Assembly (NCBI GenBank): GCA_963711565.1
Contig: CAVQEQ010000001.1
Location: 640,001-704,000, forward strand
Source of the DNA: an uncultured delta proteobacterium
Lineage (GTDB): Bacteria > Desulfobacterota > Binatia > Binatales > Binataceae
Length of the DNA: 64,000 nt
Direction: 5' to 3'
A program made the translations under genes and the position numbers. A model generated the notes under the pieces. That model had not been told where the DNA came from, searched no databases, and saw nothing but the letters and a program-made list of their open reading frames with translations. Positions 45,223 to 56,215 of this stretch are shown piece by piece (within the stretch, counting starts at the first letter, position 1; each line of letters begins with the position of its first letter).

Positions 45223-46991
45223 GCTGCCGATGGGTCTGGGCGCCATCGGCAACGCGCGTCGCGATGGTGACCAAAAACGATCGGGTCGAGATGCGTCGCG
45301 CAGAACGCGGATGGTGGCGCGCCGATCTGAGCGTCGAGCTATCGCGAGCCGATTACGGTTTCAGCCTCGACGGCCGCCCGCCGTTGCCCGATCCGCGTTC
45401 GCGCTCCCAGCCGAATGGCGTGCATGGACTGTCGCGCCCGGTCGATCATTCGGTTTTCGAGTGGCGACATCCACGATGGCAGACGGCTCCTTTGTCGTCA
45501 GCGATCATTTACGAATGCCACATCGGCACGTTCACGCGAGCCGGCACGTTTGACGCCGCCGCCGAACAGCTTGGCTACTTGCGCGATCTCGGCGTGACTT
45601 ACGTCGAGCTGATGCCGGTGAGCGAGTTTGCAGGTACGCGCGGGTGGGGCTACGACGGCGTCAACCTGTTCGCCCCGCATCATTCCTACGGCGGCCCCGA
45701 CGGATTGAAGCGCTTGGTCGATGCGGCCCACGGGCATGGCCTCGGCGTTATTTTGGACGTCGTTTACAATCACCTTGGCCCGGAGGGGAACTATCTCGGA
45801 AAATTCGGTCCCTACTTTACCGACCGCTATCGCACGCCGTGGGGCGACGCGGTCAACCTCGACGACCGGGATAGCGACGAGGTCCGGCGCTTCTTCTGCG
45901 ACAACGCGTTGATGTGGCTGCGCGACTACCGCGTCGATGGCCTGCGCATCGACGCGATTCAGGCAATCTTCGACGCCTCCGCGATTCACTTTCTCGAGCA
46001 ACTCGGCGCGGAGGTCGATCAGCTCGAAGCCGAAGTGAGGCGCAACCTGATCGTGATCGCGGAAAGCGATCTCAACCAACCGCGAGTCGTCGCGGCGCGC
46101 GAGGCGGGTGGCTACGGGCTGGACGCGCAATGGAACGACGATTTTCATCATGCGCTGCACACAATCCTGACAGGCGAGACGGCTGGCTATCTGGCCGACT
46201 TCGGATCTATCGCGCAGCTCGCGAAATGCCTCACTCGCGGCTTCGTTTACGACGGAACGTATTCGAAGAGTCGGGGGCGCAGCCATGGCAAGCCGGTGAT
46301 CGGGCTCTCGGCGCATCGATTTGTCGCGTTCATGCAGAATCACGATCAGGTTGGCAACCGCGCGATGGGCGAGCGTCTTGGGCATCTGGTGACGATGGAG
46401 CAGCTTAAAATCTCCTCGGCGCTTTTGATGACGTCGCCGTTTATCCCGATGTTGTTTCAAGGTGAGGAGTGGAACGCGTCGAGCCCGTTTCAGTACTTCA
46501 CCGATCATCAGGATTCGGCTCTGGCAGAGGCCGTCCGCCAAGGCCGGCGCGCGGAATTCGCACACTTCGCAGCGGATGCGTCGGAGGTTCCCGATCCGCA
46601 GGCAGCGCAGACCTTCGAGCGTTCCAGGCTCGATTGGTCCGAGCGCGAGCGCCGAGAGCATCGCGAGATCTTCGAATGGTACCGGCAGCTGATCGCCCTT
46701 CGGCGATGCGTACCGGATTTTGAAAACGGCCGACTCGATCTGGATGCGGTGAGTTTCGACGAAGACGCTCGCTGGATACGGATCAACCGTGGCGAGTCTG
46801 CTGCTGTGATTTGCAACTTCGCGCCGGCCTCGCGATGCATACCGATCGCGCGCGAGGCGACCCGGTCGCGCGTTGCGCTCGCATCCAAATCCGGCGTTCG
46901 ACTCGATGGCGCCGTGATTGAAGTTCCCGCGGTCTCGGTTGCAATCCTTCTGCCGAAAGATGGCCGCCTATCGGCGGGTGCGCTCAAATGA
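45219..46991 (+). CDS. treZ: Malto-oligosyltrehalose trehalohydrolase
   Basis: VWAP, PDPRSR.QP.GVHG, WGYDGV, DVVYNHLGPEGNYL, QWNDDFHH, QNHDQVGNRA, VPDPQ. Confidence 0.95.
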   Translation: MSCRWVWAPSATRVAMVTKNDRVEMRRAERGWWRADLSVELSRADYGFSLDGRPPLPDPRSRSQPNGVHGLSRPVDHSVFEWRHPRWQTAPLSSAIIYECHIGTFTRAGTFDAAAEQLGYLRDLGVTYVELMPVSEFAGTRGWGYDGVNLFAPHHSYGGPDGLKRLVDAAHGHGLGVILDVVYNHLGPEGNYLGKFGPYFTDRYRTPWGDAVNLDDRDSDEVRRFFCDNALMWLRDYRVDGLRIDAIQAIFDASAIHFLEQLGAEVDQLEAEVRRNLIVIAESDLNQPRVVAAREAGGYGLDAQWNDDFHHALHTILTGETAGYLADFGSIAQLAKCLTRGFVYDGTYSKSRGRSHGKPVIGLSAHRFVAFMQNHDQVGNRAMGERLGHLVTMEQLKISSALLMTSPFIPMLFQGEEWNASSPFQYFTDHQDSALAEAVRQGRRAEFAHFAADASEVPDPQAAQTFERSRLDWSERERREHREIFEWYRQLIALRRCVPDFENGRLDLDAVSFDEDARWIRINRGESAAVICNFAPASRCIPIAREATRSRVALASKSGVRLDGAVIEVPAVSVAILLPKDGRLSAGALK

Positions 46992-48785
46992 GCAGCCGGA
47001 TCGAGGACTACGCGCTGATCGGAAACCTGCGCACGGCGGCGCTCGTCGATCGCACAGGTTCGATCGATTGGTTGTGCCTTCCCCGGTTTGATTCGGGCGC
47101 TTGCTTCGCAGCGCTTCTCGGCACGAACGAAAACGGGCGCTGGCTGATGGCTCCACGGGGCGGTATCAAGCAAGTCCGGCGGAAGTATCGCGACAATACG
47201 CTGATACTTGAAACCGAGTTCGAGACTGACAGCGGGATCGCGACCGTGATCGACTTCATGCCCGTGGCCGAGCGGCCGGACAGGACCGATCTGATTCGAA
47301 TCGTCAGAGGCATCCGCGGGCAGGTGCCGATGCGAACGGAATTAGTTTTCCGTTTCGACTATGGGCGGACAGTTCCATGGGTACGAAAACGCGAGTACGG
47401 CATCAGCGCAGTCTCGGGACCGAACGCGATCACGTTTCGAACAGCGGTCCCCCTGACCAGCCAGGACTATACGACCGTCGGCGAGTTCCCTATCAGCGAG
47501 GGTCAGTCAGAGGTCTTCAGATTGAGTAGCTATCCTTCGCACGAAGACGAGCCGGGCGACGCGGATTCGCTCAACATGCTATCGGCGACCGAACAACGAT
47601 GGCGCGATTGGGCCGGCCGCTGCAGTTGCCAGCTCGAATGGCGAGACCCGGTACTGCGGTCGCTGATCACGCTGAAGGCTCTCACATATGGGCCAACTGG
47701 AGGTATCCTTGCGGCGCCGACGACTTCGCTCCCTGAGAGTCTTGGTGGACCGCGCAATTGGGACTATCGATTTTGTTGGCTTCGCGATTCTACTTTCACG
47801 CTCTACGCACTATTGATTTCTGGCTATACGGATGAGGCACGCGCGTGGCGTGAATGGCTACTCAGAGCGATAGCTGGTCATCCGCAAGATACTCAGATCA
47901 TGTATGGAGTTGCGGGCGAGCGAATACTCACTGAGTTGGAGCTGCCGTGGCTGTCCGGCTACGAGAAGAGCGCTCCGGTGCGTATCGGCAACGCCGCTTC
48001 CCAACAACTTCAGCTCGATGTGTATGGCGAGGTGATCGACACTCTACACGTTGCACGCAAATACAAGCTGGAACGCAACGACGACGCATGGCGGCTGCAG
48101 AGCGCGCTGATGGACTTCCTCGAGTCGGGCTGGAAGCAGCCTGACGAGGGAATCTGGGAGGTGCGCGGGCCGCGGCGCGATTTCACGCACTCGAAAGTGA
48201 TGGCGTGGGTGGCGGTCGATCGATCGGTAAAGGAGATTCGTCACGGCTTTGGCGAGGGGCCGCTCGATCGCTGGCTCGCGTTGCGCGACGAGATCCATCG
48301 CGACGTCTGCCAACGCGGCTTCGACGTAAAACGCAACGCCTTCGTTCAATACTACAGCTCGAAGTCCCTCGACGCTTCATTGCTGATGATTCCGCTCGTC
48401 GGCTTTCTGCCGGCAACTGATCCGCGCGTGGTTTCAACGCTCGCCGCGATCGAGCGCGAACTGATGTACAAGGGCCTGGTCCTGAAGATACCCGACCGAG
48501 ACCGGCGTCGATGGCCTGCCGCCGGGCGAAGGAGCATTCCTGCCGTGCACGTTCTGGCTTGCCGATAACTATGCGATCGCCGGGCGCACTCAGGAGGCGC
48601 GGGACCTGTTCATTCGTCTGCTCGATTTGCGCAATGACGTCGGCCTGCTGTCCGAAGAATACGATCCCGTTCTTCGCCGCCAATTGGGAAATTTCCCGCA
48701 AGCCTTTACTCATGTCTCGCTGGTCAATACGGCGCACAATCTCATGCCTGCTAAAGGTCCCGCGGAACATCGATCCGGGCATTGA
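46988..48785 (+). pseudogene. GH15 glucoamylase/trehalase-like protein, frameshifted near 48485 (possibly a sequencing error)
   Basis: IEDYALIG, AAPTTSLPE..GG.RNWDYRFCWLRD, QLDVYGE, GIWEVRG. Removing one A restores LRYPTETGVDGLPPGEGAFLPCTFW...GLLSEEYD...GNFPQAFTH to the stop at 48785. Confidence 0.88.
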
Positions 48786-48807
48786 TCGATCGAACCGATA
48801 CGAGCCG

Positions 48808-50004
48808 ATGCATCCTCTGCGAATATCGACGCGATCCCTGACCATCGTGCTGGCGATACTGATTGCGGGATGCCACAGGTCGCCGGAGCCTGATCAGCTC
48901 AACATCGCGCTGGCGGTTTTCCCCGACGAAGCCGCGCGCTACAGCTTGTTCGTCGGCGATTTCGAATCGCAACATCACGTGCATGTGAAAGTGCTCGCGC
49001 AGACTTACACCGACATCCTGCAGGCGATGCGGGTGCAAGCCGGGAGTCGCGGAGCGCTGGACCTGGTCGAACTCGATCTCGCTACGCTCGGAGAGGCCCA
49101 TCAGTATGCGCAGCCGCTGGACTCGATCGTGTCGCCGTCAGCGCGAGCGTTGTTTTCGAACGAGGCGTGGGACGCCGCGACTATGGATCGTCACCTCTAC
49201 TTTATTCCGCATCGGCTGATGTGGCAGGCGATGATCTACAATCGGGTCGAGGTGCCGAACCCGCCCGCCAATTGGGATGAGCTCGAGCGTTTCGCGCGCG
49301 AACATCCGGGGAAGTTGGCGCTGAAGGGCGCGCGCTACGAGGGCGCGATTTGCGATGTGATGCCGTTTGTGTGGACGGCGGGCGGCAGCGAGTGTACGCC
49401 CGATTCGCCGGACTCGGTGCGAGCGCTCGACTTTCTAAGGCAACTTGCGCCGGAATTGAACGACGAAACCGCGGTGTTTCGGGAGATGTCGGTACTCGAA
49501 GCACAAGCGCGCGGCTCGGTCTGGATTCATTTCAACTGGCCGTTCGCGATGGGCTACCTGCATGCGAAAGGCTTGGCGCCCAGCGTCGATCTTAGCTCGC
49601 CGATTCCGGCAGGCCCCGAAGGACGGGCCACTCCGCTCGGCGGCGGCTACCTTGCGATTCCGAAATCCGCACCTCATCCAAAGCTCGCGGCAGAATTCAT
49701 CGAGTATCTGTTGACCGCCGATACACAAGCGAAATTGAGCCGCGACCTCGGATGGTATGGAAGTGTGGCTCCGGCGCCGGGAAGCGAAGATGCGCAACTC
49801 TACGCCGGCTACACTGCAATGCGACCGTTCGTGCGGGCGCGCCCGACGGTCGATTGCTACGCCGATCTCAGCGACCAATGGCGGCGTGCGATTCGTGCGG
49901 TGCTGTTTGACGATGCCGCGCCGGCGGCGGCGATCGCCACGAACGTTCTCAACGCCAACGACCGATGCGCCTGCGCGGAACCGGCTCGAGGATCGTCGCC
50001 GTGA
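48808..50004 (+). CDS. Sugar ABC transporter solute-binding lipoprotein
   Basis: Lipobox IAGC; LYFIP, P.NWDEL, NWPF, LGGGYLAIPK; precedes two permeases. Confidence 0.87.
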   Translation: MHPLRISTRSLTIVLAILIAGCHRSPEPDQLNIALAVFPDEAARYSLFVGDFESQHHVHVKVLAQTYTDILQAMRVQAGSRGALDLVELDLATLGEAHQYAQPLDSIVSPSARALFSNEAWDAATMDRHLYFIPHRLMWQAMIYNRVEVPNPPANWDELERFAREHPGKLALKGARYEGAICDVMPFVWTAGGSECTPDSPDSVRALDFLRQLAPELNDETAVFREMSVLEAQARGSVWIHFNWPFAMGYLHAKGLAPSVDLSSPIPAGPEGRATPLGGGYLAIPKSAPHPKLAAEFIEYLLTADTQAKLSRDLGWYGSVAPAPGSEDAQLYAGYTAMRPFVRARPTVDCYADLSDQWRRAIRAVLFDDAAPAAAIATNVLNANDRCACAEPARGSSP

Positions 50005-50852
50005 ACGCCGCCGCGAAAAGGCTCAGGACGATTTTCGTGCTCGTGCCGTGCGCCTTTATGATCACGATGCTGGCGTTGCCCGCGGTGAACGGCCTGATCC
50101 TGTCTTTCGATCATCACGGTCCGTCGCTAGCCAACTACAGGTTTCTGTTCGACGATTCGATGTTCCGGCGCGCGCTCGCGAACAACCTGCTCATACCGTT
50201 CGCAAGCGTCATCGTCGAATTTATACTCGGACTCTCGCTGGCGCTGACGCTGACGGCCGGGCGCAAGCGCTCCGCATTGATCGACACCGCGGCGATACTG
50301 CCGTTTGCGATCCCTGAAATCGTGATCCTGACCCTCGCCCGCTACATCTGTATGCCGCGGGGATATCTGAACGGCGCCATCATGATGACGGGGATGCCCG
50401 CGCTGCCATGGCTCAGTCCGCGCAGTCCGCTCGCGATGCTCACGGTCATCCTGGTTGACGCGTGGCATGTAACCCCGGTCGTGATGCTGATGTTGATGGC
50501 GGGCCTGCAAACGATTCCAGCCGAACTTTACGAGGCGGCGCGGCTCGACGGCGCCGGAACGCTGGCCACCTTCAGGTTCGTGACGCTTCCGATGCTGACG
50601 CCGGCAATCATCGGCGCACTAATCCTGCGCGGCGTAGATGCGCTGAGGATTTTTTCAACTGTGCTCGTACTCACTGGGCCGGAAGGAGTTCCCGTGCTCT
50701 CGACCTATTCGTACAGCTTGTGGGACGACGCGCAGAAACCGCATGAGGCGATGGCGGCCTCGATGATCCTCGCATTAATGGTAACAGCGATCGGGGTCGG
50801 CGGTTTCATGCTCACGCGCCGGCACTCGCGCGGCGATCGAGCAATAGCGTGA
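50001..50852 (+). CDS. Sugar ABC transporter permease
   Basis: AGLQTIPAELYEAARLDGA (EAA loop), FVTLPML. Confidence 0.92.
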   Translation: MNAAAKRLRTIFVLVPCAFMITMLALPAVNGLILSFDHHGPSLANYRFLFDDSMFRRALANNLLIPFASVIVEFILGLSLALTLTAGRKRSALIDTAAILPFAIPEIVILTLARYICMPRGYLNGAIMMTGMPALPWLSPRSPLAMLTVILVDAWHVTPVVMLMLMAGLQTIPAELYEAARLDGAGTLATFRFVTLPMLTPAIIGALILRGVDALRIFSTVLVLTGPEGVPVLSTYSYSLWDDAQKPHEAMAASMILALMVTAIGVGGFMLTRRHSRGDRAIA

Positions 50853-51688
50853 ACACTCCCGCACACGGCGATCCTGTCGCGGGCGGCTTGCGAGCGGCGC
50901 GCTTCGCAGTGAACGCGTTCGTGCTCGTAGCGGCCGTATTGCCGCTCTACCTGCTCTTAAAACAGTCCGTAACCCCTGAACTCGAAACCTTTGCGTGGCC
51001 GCCGCATTGGCTGCCACATCATCTGACGCTCGCACACTTCATCAGCGTGTTTGCGGTCAGTGACCTGCGCATCGCCGTGCTGAGGAGTCTGGGCGTCGCC
51101 GCGGTCTCTGCAGTGATTGCAACTCTGCTTGGCGCGATGCTGGCGCATGCGATGGCGCGCAGCTCGTTCGCACAGCGCCTCGGTTTTTCAACGGTATCCG
51201 GCGTTCGCCTGTTACCGATGATCGCAGTAGCCATTCCGCTCGGGATGATCCTGGCGAATCTTGGAATCTACGACGCGCCGAGTGGAATCGGGCTGGCTAT
51301 CGTTCACGCCGCAATCGCGATACCGACTGCCGCGCTGACGCTGTACGCGTCCTTCGCCGCGATTCCGCTCGAGATTGAGGAAGCTGCATGGATCGACGGC
51401 GCGTCGCCGTTGCGGATTTTTCTGACAATGGATCTGCCTATGGTCCGCGGCTCGATCGCGACGGCTTTGATCCTCTGCTTCATCCTGAGCTGGGACGAAT
51501 TTGGATTTGCGTTGCTCGTGCAACAGACTAATCGCACACTTCCGCCGCTGCTCTACTACTACACCGTGTTCGGTAACGTCGGCCCCGCCAGTGCCCTTGC
51601 GCTGCTTATGATGATCCCGGCAGTCTTCGTCGTGCTGGCGTTGGGTCCGTCGTTGCGGGGGACCTTGATGGCGGGGAGTTCTCGTTAG
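50849..51688 (+). CDS. Sugar ABC transporter permease
   Basis: IPLEIEEAAWIDGAS, FILSWDEF. Confidence 0.92.
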   Translation: MNTPAHGDPVAGGLRAARFAVNAFVLVAAVLPLYLLLKQSVTPELETFAWPPHWLPHHLTLAHFISVFAVSDLRIAVLRSLGVAAVSAVIATLLGAMLAHAMARSSFAQRLGFSTVSGVRLLPMIAVAIPLGMILANLGIYDAPSGIGLAIVHAAIAIPTAALTLYASFAAIPLEIEEAAWIDGASPLRIFLTMDLPMVRGSIATALILCFILSWDEFGFALLVQQTNRTLPPLLYYYTVFGNVGPASALALLMMIPAVFVVLALGPSLRGTLMAGSSR

Positions 51689-51695
51689 GCGCGTC

Positions 51696-52754
51696 ATGAC
51701 TGACCTCGTTGTTCGCAACCTGACGCGCAGTTTCCCTTCCGGCGGAGGCGTATTCGACATTTCTCTGTCGGTGCGAAGCGGAGATTTTGTGGTTCTGCTG
51801 GGCCCTTCGGGATGCGGAAAAACTACCCTGCTGCGGCTGATCGCCGGCCTCGAATTTCCCGACAGCGGCGAAATTCAAATTGGCGGGGCGAACGCGTCGG
51901 CGGATAAAACGCGTCGCGAGTCGATCGCGATGGTCTTTCAGAATTTCGCGCTTTATCCGCACATGAACCTGTTTCAGAATATCGCCTTTCCCCTGAAGCT
52001 CCGGCACGTCGCCCGCGAGGAGATCGAACGACGTGTAAAAGAGAGCGCCGCCAAGGCGGGACTCGCGGTCGACCTCAAACGCTATCCGCACGAGTTGTCA
52101 GGCGGCGAACGTCAGCGCGTCGCGCTCGCTCGTGCGCTGGTGCGTGAGCCGGAAATCATATTGATGGACGAGGCGCTCGCGAGTCTGGACGCGCAATTGC
52201 GGTCTTCACTAAGGCTTGAGTTGAAAGAGTTTCAGCGCCGCACCGGACGCACCTTCTTATACGTGACTCACGATCAGGTCGAAGCGCTCGCGCTCGCGGA
52301 CATGCTGGTGGTGATGCGCGAAGGAAAGGTGGAGCAACTGGGAAGGCCGCAAGAGATTTTCGATTGTCCGCAGAGTGAATTTGTCGCGGCCTTCGTCGGT
52401 AGCCCGCCGATGAACTTCCTGCTTGCGGAAAGCGCGCCAAACAGAGAAAGCCTTATGGTTGAGGGCATCGATCTCAAAGTTAAGGCGCCCGAAGGCTGTC
52501 CCGCGAAAATCAAGCTCGGAATTCGCCCAAACAATCTGACACTGGAGACGGGCGAGGACCACGTACCTATGAATGTGACGGTCGAGAGCGTTGAGTTCTC
52601 GGGCGCAACGTATGTGGTGCACGCAAAGCTCGGCAATACTCCGATAGTCGCCGAGTTGTCTCGGCGCGTCAAAGCCGACGAGCATTTGATCCTCTATCTC
52701 GACACTGCGAGGGTGTATCTCTTCGATCCGTCCACAGGTCTGCGCGTTGCCTGA
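51696..52754 (+). CDS. Sugar ABC transporter ATP-binding protein (MalK-like)
   Basis: GPSGCGKTT, VFQNFALYPHM, LSGGERQR, YVTHDQVEA, FVGSPPMN. Confidence 0.94.
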   Translation: MTDLVVRNLTRSFPSGGGVFDISLSVRSGDFVVLLGPSGCGKTTLLRLIAGLEFPDSGEIQIGGANASADKTRRESIAMVFQNFALYPHMNLFQNIAFPLKLRHVAREEIERRVKESAAKAGLAVDLKRYPHELSGGERQRVALARALVREPEIILMDEALASLDAQLRSSLRLELKEFQRRTGRTFLYVTHDQVEALALADMLVVMREGKVEQLGRPQEIFDCPQSEFVAAFVGSPPMNFLLAESAPNRESLMVEGIDLKVKAPEGCPAKIKLGIRPNNLTLETGEDHVPMNVTVESVEFSGATYVVHAKLGNTPIVAELSRRVKADEHLILYLDTARVYLFDPSTGLRVA

Positions 52755-52798
52755 CGCTCGACCGTATCACCAGGTCGTTGCTTTGCGAGAGCTACTGC

Positions 52799-55700
52799 TT
52801 ATGCCCGCAGGCTCTCATGGGTTCCAGGTTTAGTAACGATGACATCCTGCGCGAATGTACTTTCCAGTCCCAGCAACTGACCAATACTGAGCAGCGGAAT
52901 CAGCAGCCAATCGGGGCGATTGTTTAATTCGTAACTGAGTTCGTAAACAGCCTTCTCCATAACGTAGGCGTCAAGCAGAATTCTGAGTTCGTCGCGGCCT
53001 TTAGGAACGAACGGCGCGGGTCCAGCAGCCTCGAGGTAACCTCGCAGGAAGGACCATGACGACCACGTACGCCAGAAGTCCGTCCACGGCCGCATGCCGG
53101 CGAAATCGAATTTGCCCAGGGCTCCGGTTCTCAGTTGCGCGATGGTCGAAGTAAGCGCCGCGTAATGAAACGAGCGCAGCATCCCGGCCACGTCTCTCAA
53201 CGCCGAACGTTTGCGACGGCGCTCGCTCAGAGGACGCGCGGGCTCGCCTTCGAAGTCGATGATGGCGAAGTCCTTGCCGGTGTATAGCATCTGCCCCAGA
53301 TGCAGGTCCCCGTGGATGCGCATTCGCGTGACGCTCAGCCGGCAACGCAGAAAAGAGTCGAAGCGCGCGGCGATCAAGTTCTGATGCGATGCGACCAGTT
53401 GCACCTGATCGCGCAGTTTCACCGGGATAGCTGCCGCCCGGCTGTTGAGAGTGCGCATGACTCGCGCGAGCAAATTCTGCATCGATTGAAAAGTCGAACG
53501 TTGATGGAGCGTCGAGTAAGACTCAGGCGCAAAATCGGGGTCGTCGGCTGTGGAAGCCAACGCTAGATGAAGCTCGGCCAGACGCTTACCCATGAGTCGC
53601 GCCGCGTCGAGATAATGTCCAACCAACTCGACGGCTAACAGATCCGGTTGCGGCAACTCCAGCAACTCGATAAGTGACTTCTGGGTCGATGGCGCCGGGT
53701 CCGATCTGGTTGCCGCGTTCTCAAGAAAGCGGTCCAGTTCTCCCAGCGTGAACTGCCACGCATCGCCTTCGTTCGGGACGAAGCCCTGCAACATCGCGAG
53801 ATTTTTTCGCTCACCGTTTCCGGCGCGGTAATCGATCCAGCCTGCGAGCGGGGGGACGTGAGAAAACCTTTCGTGCGAGGTCAGGAACCGTCCGATCTCG
53901 AGGTCGGGATTCACGCCGGCCTCGATGCGCCGAAAGAGTTTGACTATGAAGCGATCGCCATAAACTGCCGAGCTGTTGCTCTGTTCTCCTTTCAGCACGC
54001 GCGGTTCCAGCGGCGACTCCGGATCGCCGCGCAACTGATGAAAGGCCTGGGTCGTGCCGGATATAAGTTCGCCGAACGACGCTCGATGACGGCGGCGCCG
54101 TGCGATTGTCTCGAGTAGAGCCTTCAGAAACTCCGGATCGACAGCCGCGTCGTAGAGGATTCCGTCGCCGTCGCCATTGCGCCCCGAGATATTCACTTCA
54201 GCAATTACGTGCTCCGGCCATCGCGTTCGCACCTCACGTCCGCGATCGCCGGTGGCGATAGCCAGTGGCAATAGATAGGTCTCCGGCTCGGAGTTGGAGT
54301 ATTCAACGTTCAGCAGTGCAAGTTGGGGAACCGCAGGACCTTCCATCATAGTCACCGTGCTGGCGATCCGAACTCCGGTTATCGAGCCAGTCTTCGCGCG
54401 GAACCATCGGCAATACGGAAGGTAGCGAGGTAACAGTCGCTCTAACTCTTCGCGAGCGTCGGCGTGCAAGCTGCCATCGAAGCCCGCTCTAATCTCGATG
54501 CGCGGAATCACATACTCGGATTGTTCGACAGCGCCGGTTGCGGGCTGTTCAAGAGAGAACCAGAAAAAGCCATGCGGCCCGAGTGTCAGCAGGTAGGGCA
54601 GATCTCCGATCGGCGGGAAAGGCGTACGGCCAAAGAGTTCGATCGGTACCGAACCCTTGAACCTGGCCAGATCGAGTTCTACATACTGCACAAAGCGCGA
54701 GAGGTTCGTGACCACCAGTATCAGCTGGTTTTCATGCGCACGAATAAAGGCCAACACGTGCGAATTTTCCGGGTTGAGAAACTCTATTGAGCCGCAGCCG
54801 AATGCCTTGATCTGTTTGCGCAACGCAACTAATCGGCGCATCCACCAAAGAAGCGAATGGCGATTACTCTCGTGCGCTTCGACGTTGACGCTCTGATAGT
54901 GGTACTCGGGATCGATTATCACCGGCAGAATAAGGCGCTGCGGGTTGGCCGAAGAAAACCCCGCGTTACGGTCCGCGCTCCATTGCATGGGAGTACGAAC
55001 CGCATCTCGATCGCCCAGGTAGACATTGTCTCCCATTCCGATTTCGTCGCCGTAATATATAAAGGGCGATCCCGGCAGCGAAAACAGCAACGCATTATTC
55101 AGTTCGATAGTACGCCGATGGTTGCCGAGCAGAGGCGCAAGGCGTCGGCGAATACCCAGATTGACTCGCATGCGCGCATCTTGCGCGTAGGCGCGATACA
55201 TATAATCGCGCTCTTCGTCAGTTACCATCTTGAGAGTCAACTCGTCATGGTTGCGCAGAAACAGTGCCCACTGGCAGGTGGGATCGATTCTCGGGGTCTG
55301 GCTCCAGATATCGGTTAGCGGAAATCTGTCTTCCATCCGTACCGACATGAACATCCGCGGCATCAGCGGGAAGTGGAACGCCATATTGCACTCCTTGCCT
55401 TCCGCCAGGTAGGCAACCGCTTCCTCGGGCCACTGATTTGCCTCGGCGAGCAACATTCGGTCGGCAAATCTTGCGTCGATATAAGCGCGCAGTTCACGCA
55501 GGAATGCGTGGGTCTCAGGAAGGTTCTCGCAATTTGTTCCTTCGCGTTTGAACAGGTATGGAACCGCGTCCAGCCTCAGCCCGTCCACACCTAGACCCAT
55601 CCAGAACGAGATCACTCGCCTGATTTCCCGGACTACAGCGGGATTGTCATAGTTAAGGTCGGGTTGGTGCGAGTAGAACCGATGGAAATAGTAGGCCTTG

Positions 55701-56206
55701 GCGACCGGGTCCCATGACCAATTGGATGGCTCGAAGTCCTGAAAAATGATCCGCGCATCCTTGTAGCGTTCTGGCGTATCGCTCCAGATATAGTAATCGC
55801 GATGCATACTTCCGGCAGGAGAACGTCGCGCCCGCTGAAACCATTGGTGACGATCCGAGGTATGATTGAGTACTAACTCAGTTATTACTCTTAGATCGTG
55901 CCGATGGGCTTCGCGTATGAATAGTTTGAAATCGCGGAGAGTGCCGCAGTCTGGATGCACATTGGTGTAGTCGGCAATATCGTAACCGTCATCCCGCATC
56001 GGAGAGGGATAGAACGGAAGCAGCCAGAGCGTCGTCACTCCCAAAGACTGTAGGTAGTCGAGCTTCGCAGTCAGACCGGGAAAATCGCCCACTCCGTCGC
56101 CATTGCTGTCGTAGAAAGAGCGAACGCGAAGTTCGTAGAAGATGGCGTTCTTGTACCACAGAAGATCAGACTTAGTACCGTTTTCAGATTGATTATTTGT
56201 AAGCAC
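52799..56206 (-). CDS. treS: Trehalose synthase fused to maltokinase (TreS-Mak)
   Basis: [40 protein letters not shown]; C-terminal [42 protein letters not shown]. Confidence 0.95.
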   Translation of the reverse strand: MLTNNQSENGTKSDLLWYKNAIFYELRVRSFYDSNGDGVGDFPGLTAKLDYLQSLGVTTLWLLPFYPSPMRDDGYDIADYTNVHPDCGTLRDFKLFIREAHRHDLRVITELVLNHTSDRHQWFQRARRSPAGSMHRDYYIWSDTPERYKDARIIFQDFEPSNWSWDPVAKAYYFHRFYSHQPDLNYDNPAVVREIRRVISFWMGLGVDGLRLDAVPYLFKREGTNCENLPETHAFLRELRAYIDARFADRMLLAEANQWPEEAVAYLAEGKECNMAFHFPLMPRMFMSVRMEDRFPLTDIWSQTPRIDPTCQWALFLRNHDELTLKMVTDEERDYMYRAYAQDARMRVNLGIRRRLAPLLGNHRRTIELNNALLFSLPGSPFIYYGDEIGMGDNVYLGDRDAVRTPMQWSADRNAGFSSANPQRLILPVIIDPEYHYQSVNVEAHESNRHSLLWWMRRLVALRKQIKAFGCGSIEFLNPENSHVLAFIRAHENQLILVVTNLSRFVQYVELDLARFKGSVPIELFGRTPFPPIGDLPYLLTLGPHGFFWFSLEQPATGAVEQSEYVIPRIEIRAGFDGSLHADAREELERLLPRYLPYCRWFRAKTGSITGVRIASTVTMMEGPAVPQLALLNVEYSNSEPETYLLPLAIATGDRGREVRTRWPEHVIAEVNISGRNGDGDGILYDAAVDPEFLKALLETIARRRRHRASFGELISGTTQAFHQLRGDPESPLEPRVLKGEQSNSSAVYGDRFIVKLFRRIEAGVNPDLEIGRFLTSHERFSHVPPLAGWIDYRAGNGERKNLAMLQGFVPNEGDAWQFTLGELDRFLENAATRSDPAPSTQKSLIELLELPQPDLLAVELVGHYLDAARLMGKRLAELHLALASTADDPDFAPESYSTLHQRSTFQSMQNLLARVMRTLNSRAAAIPVKLRDQVQLVASHQNLIAARFDSFLRCRLSVTRMRIHGDLHLGQMLYTGKDFAIIDFEGEPARPLSERRRKRSALRDVAGMLRSFHYAALTSTIAQLRTGALGKFDFAGMRPWTDFWRTWSSWSFLRGYLEAAGPAPFVPKGRDELRILLDAYVMEKAVYELSYELNNRPDWLLIPLLSIGQLLGLESTFAQDVIVTKPGTHESLRA

Positions 56207-56215
56207 GCCTGGAAC

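Noticed and set aside
2293-48785. Programmed ribosomal frameshifting as the explanation for the four split genes
   Set aside because: No slippery heptamers at the sites, and these families are not known to use recoding; indel error or recent mutation is simpler.
7096-48807. Upstream extensions given by the ORF track (7096, 20315, 21103, 23009, 25384, 28150, 33834, 40188, 48511)
   Set aside because: The extensions overlap neighbouring genes or promoters and lack family similarity; downstream starts with an RBS or gene coupling fit better.
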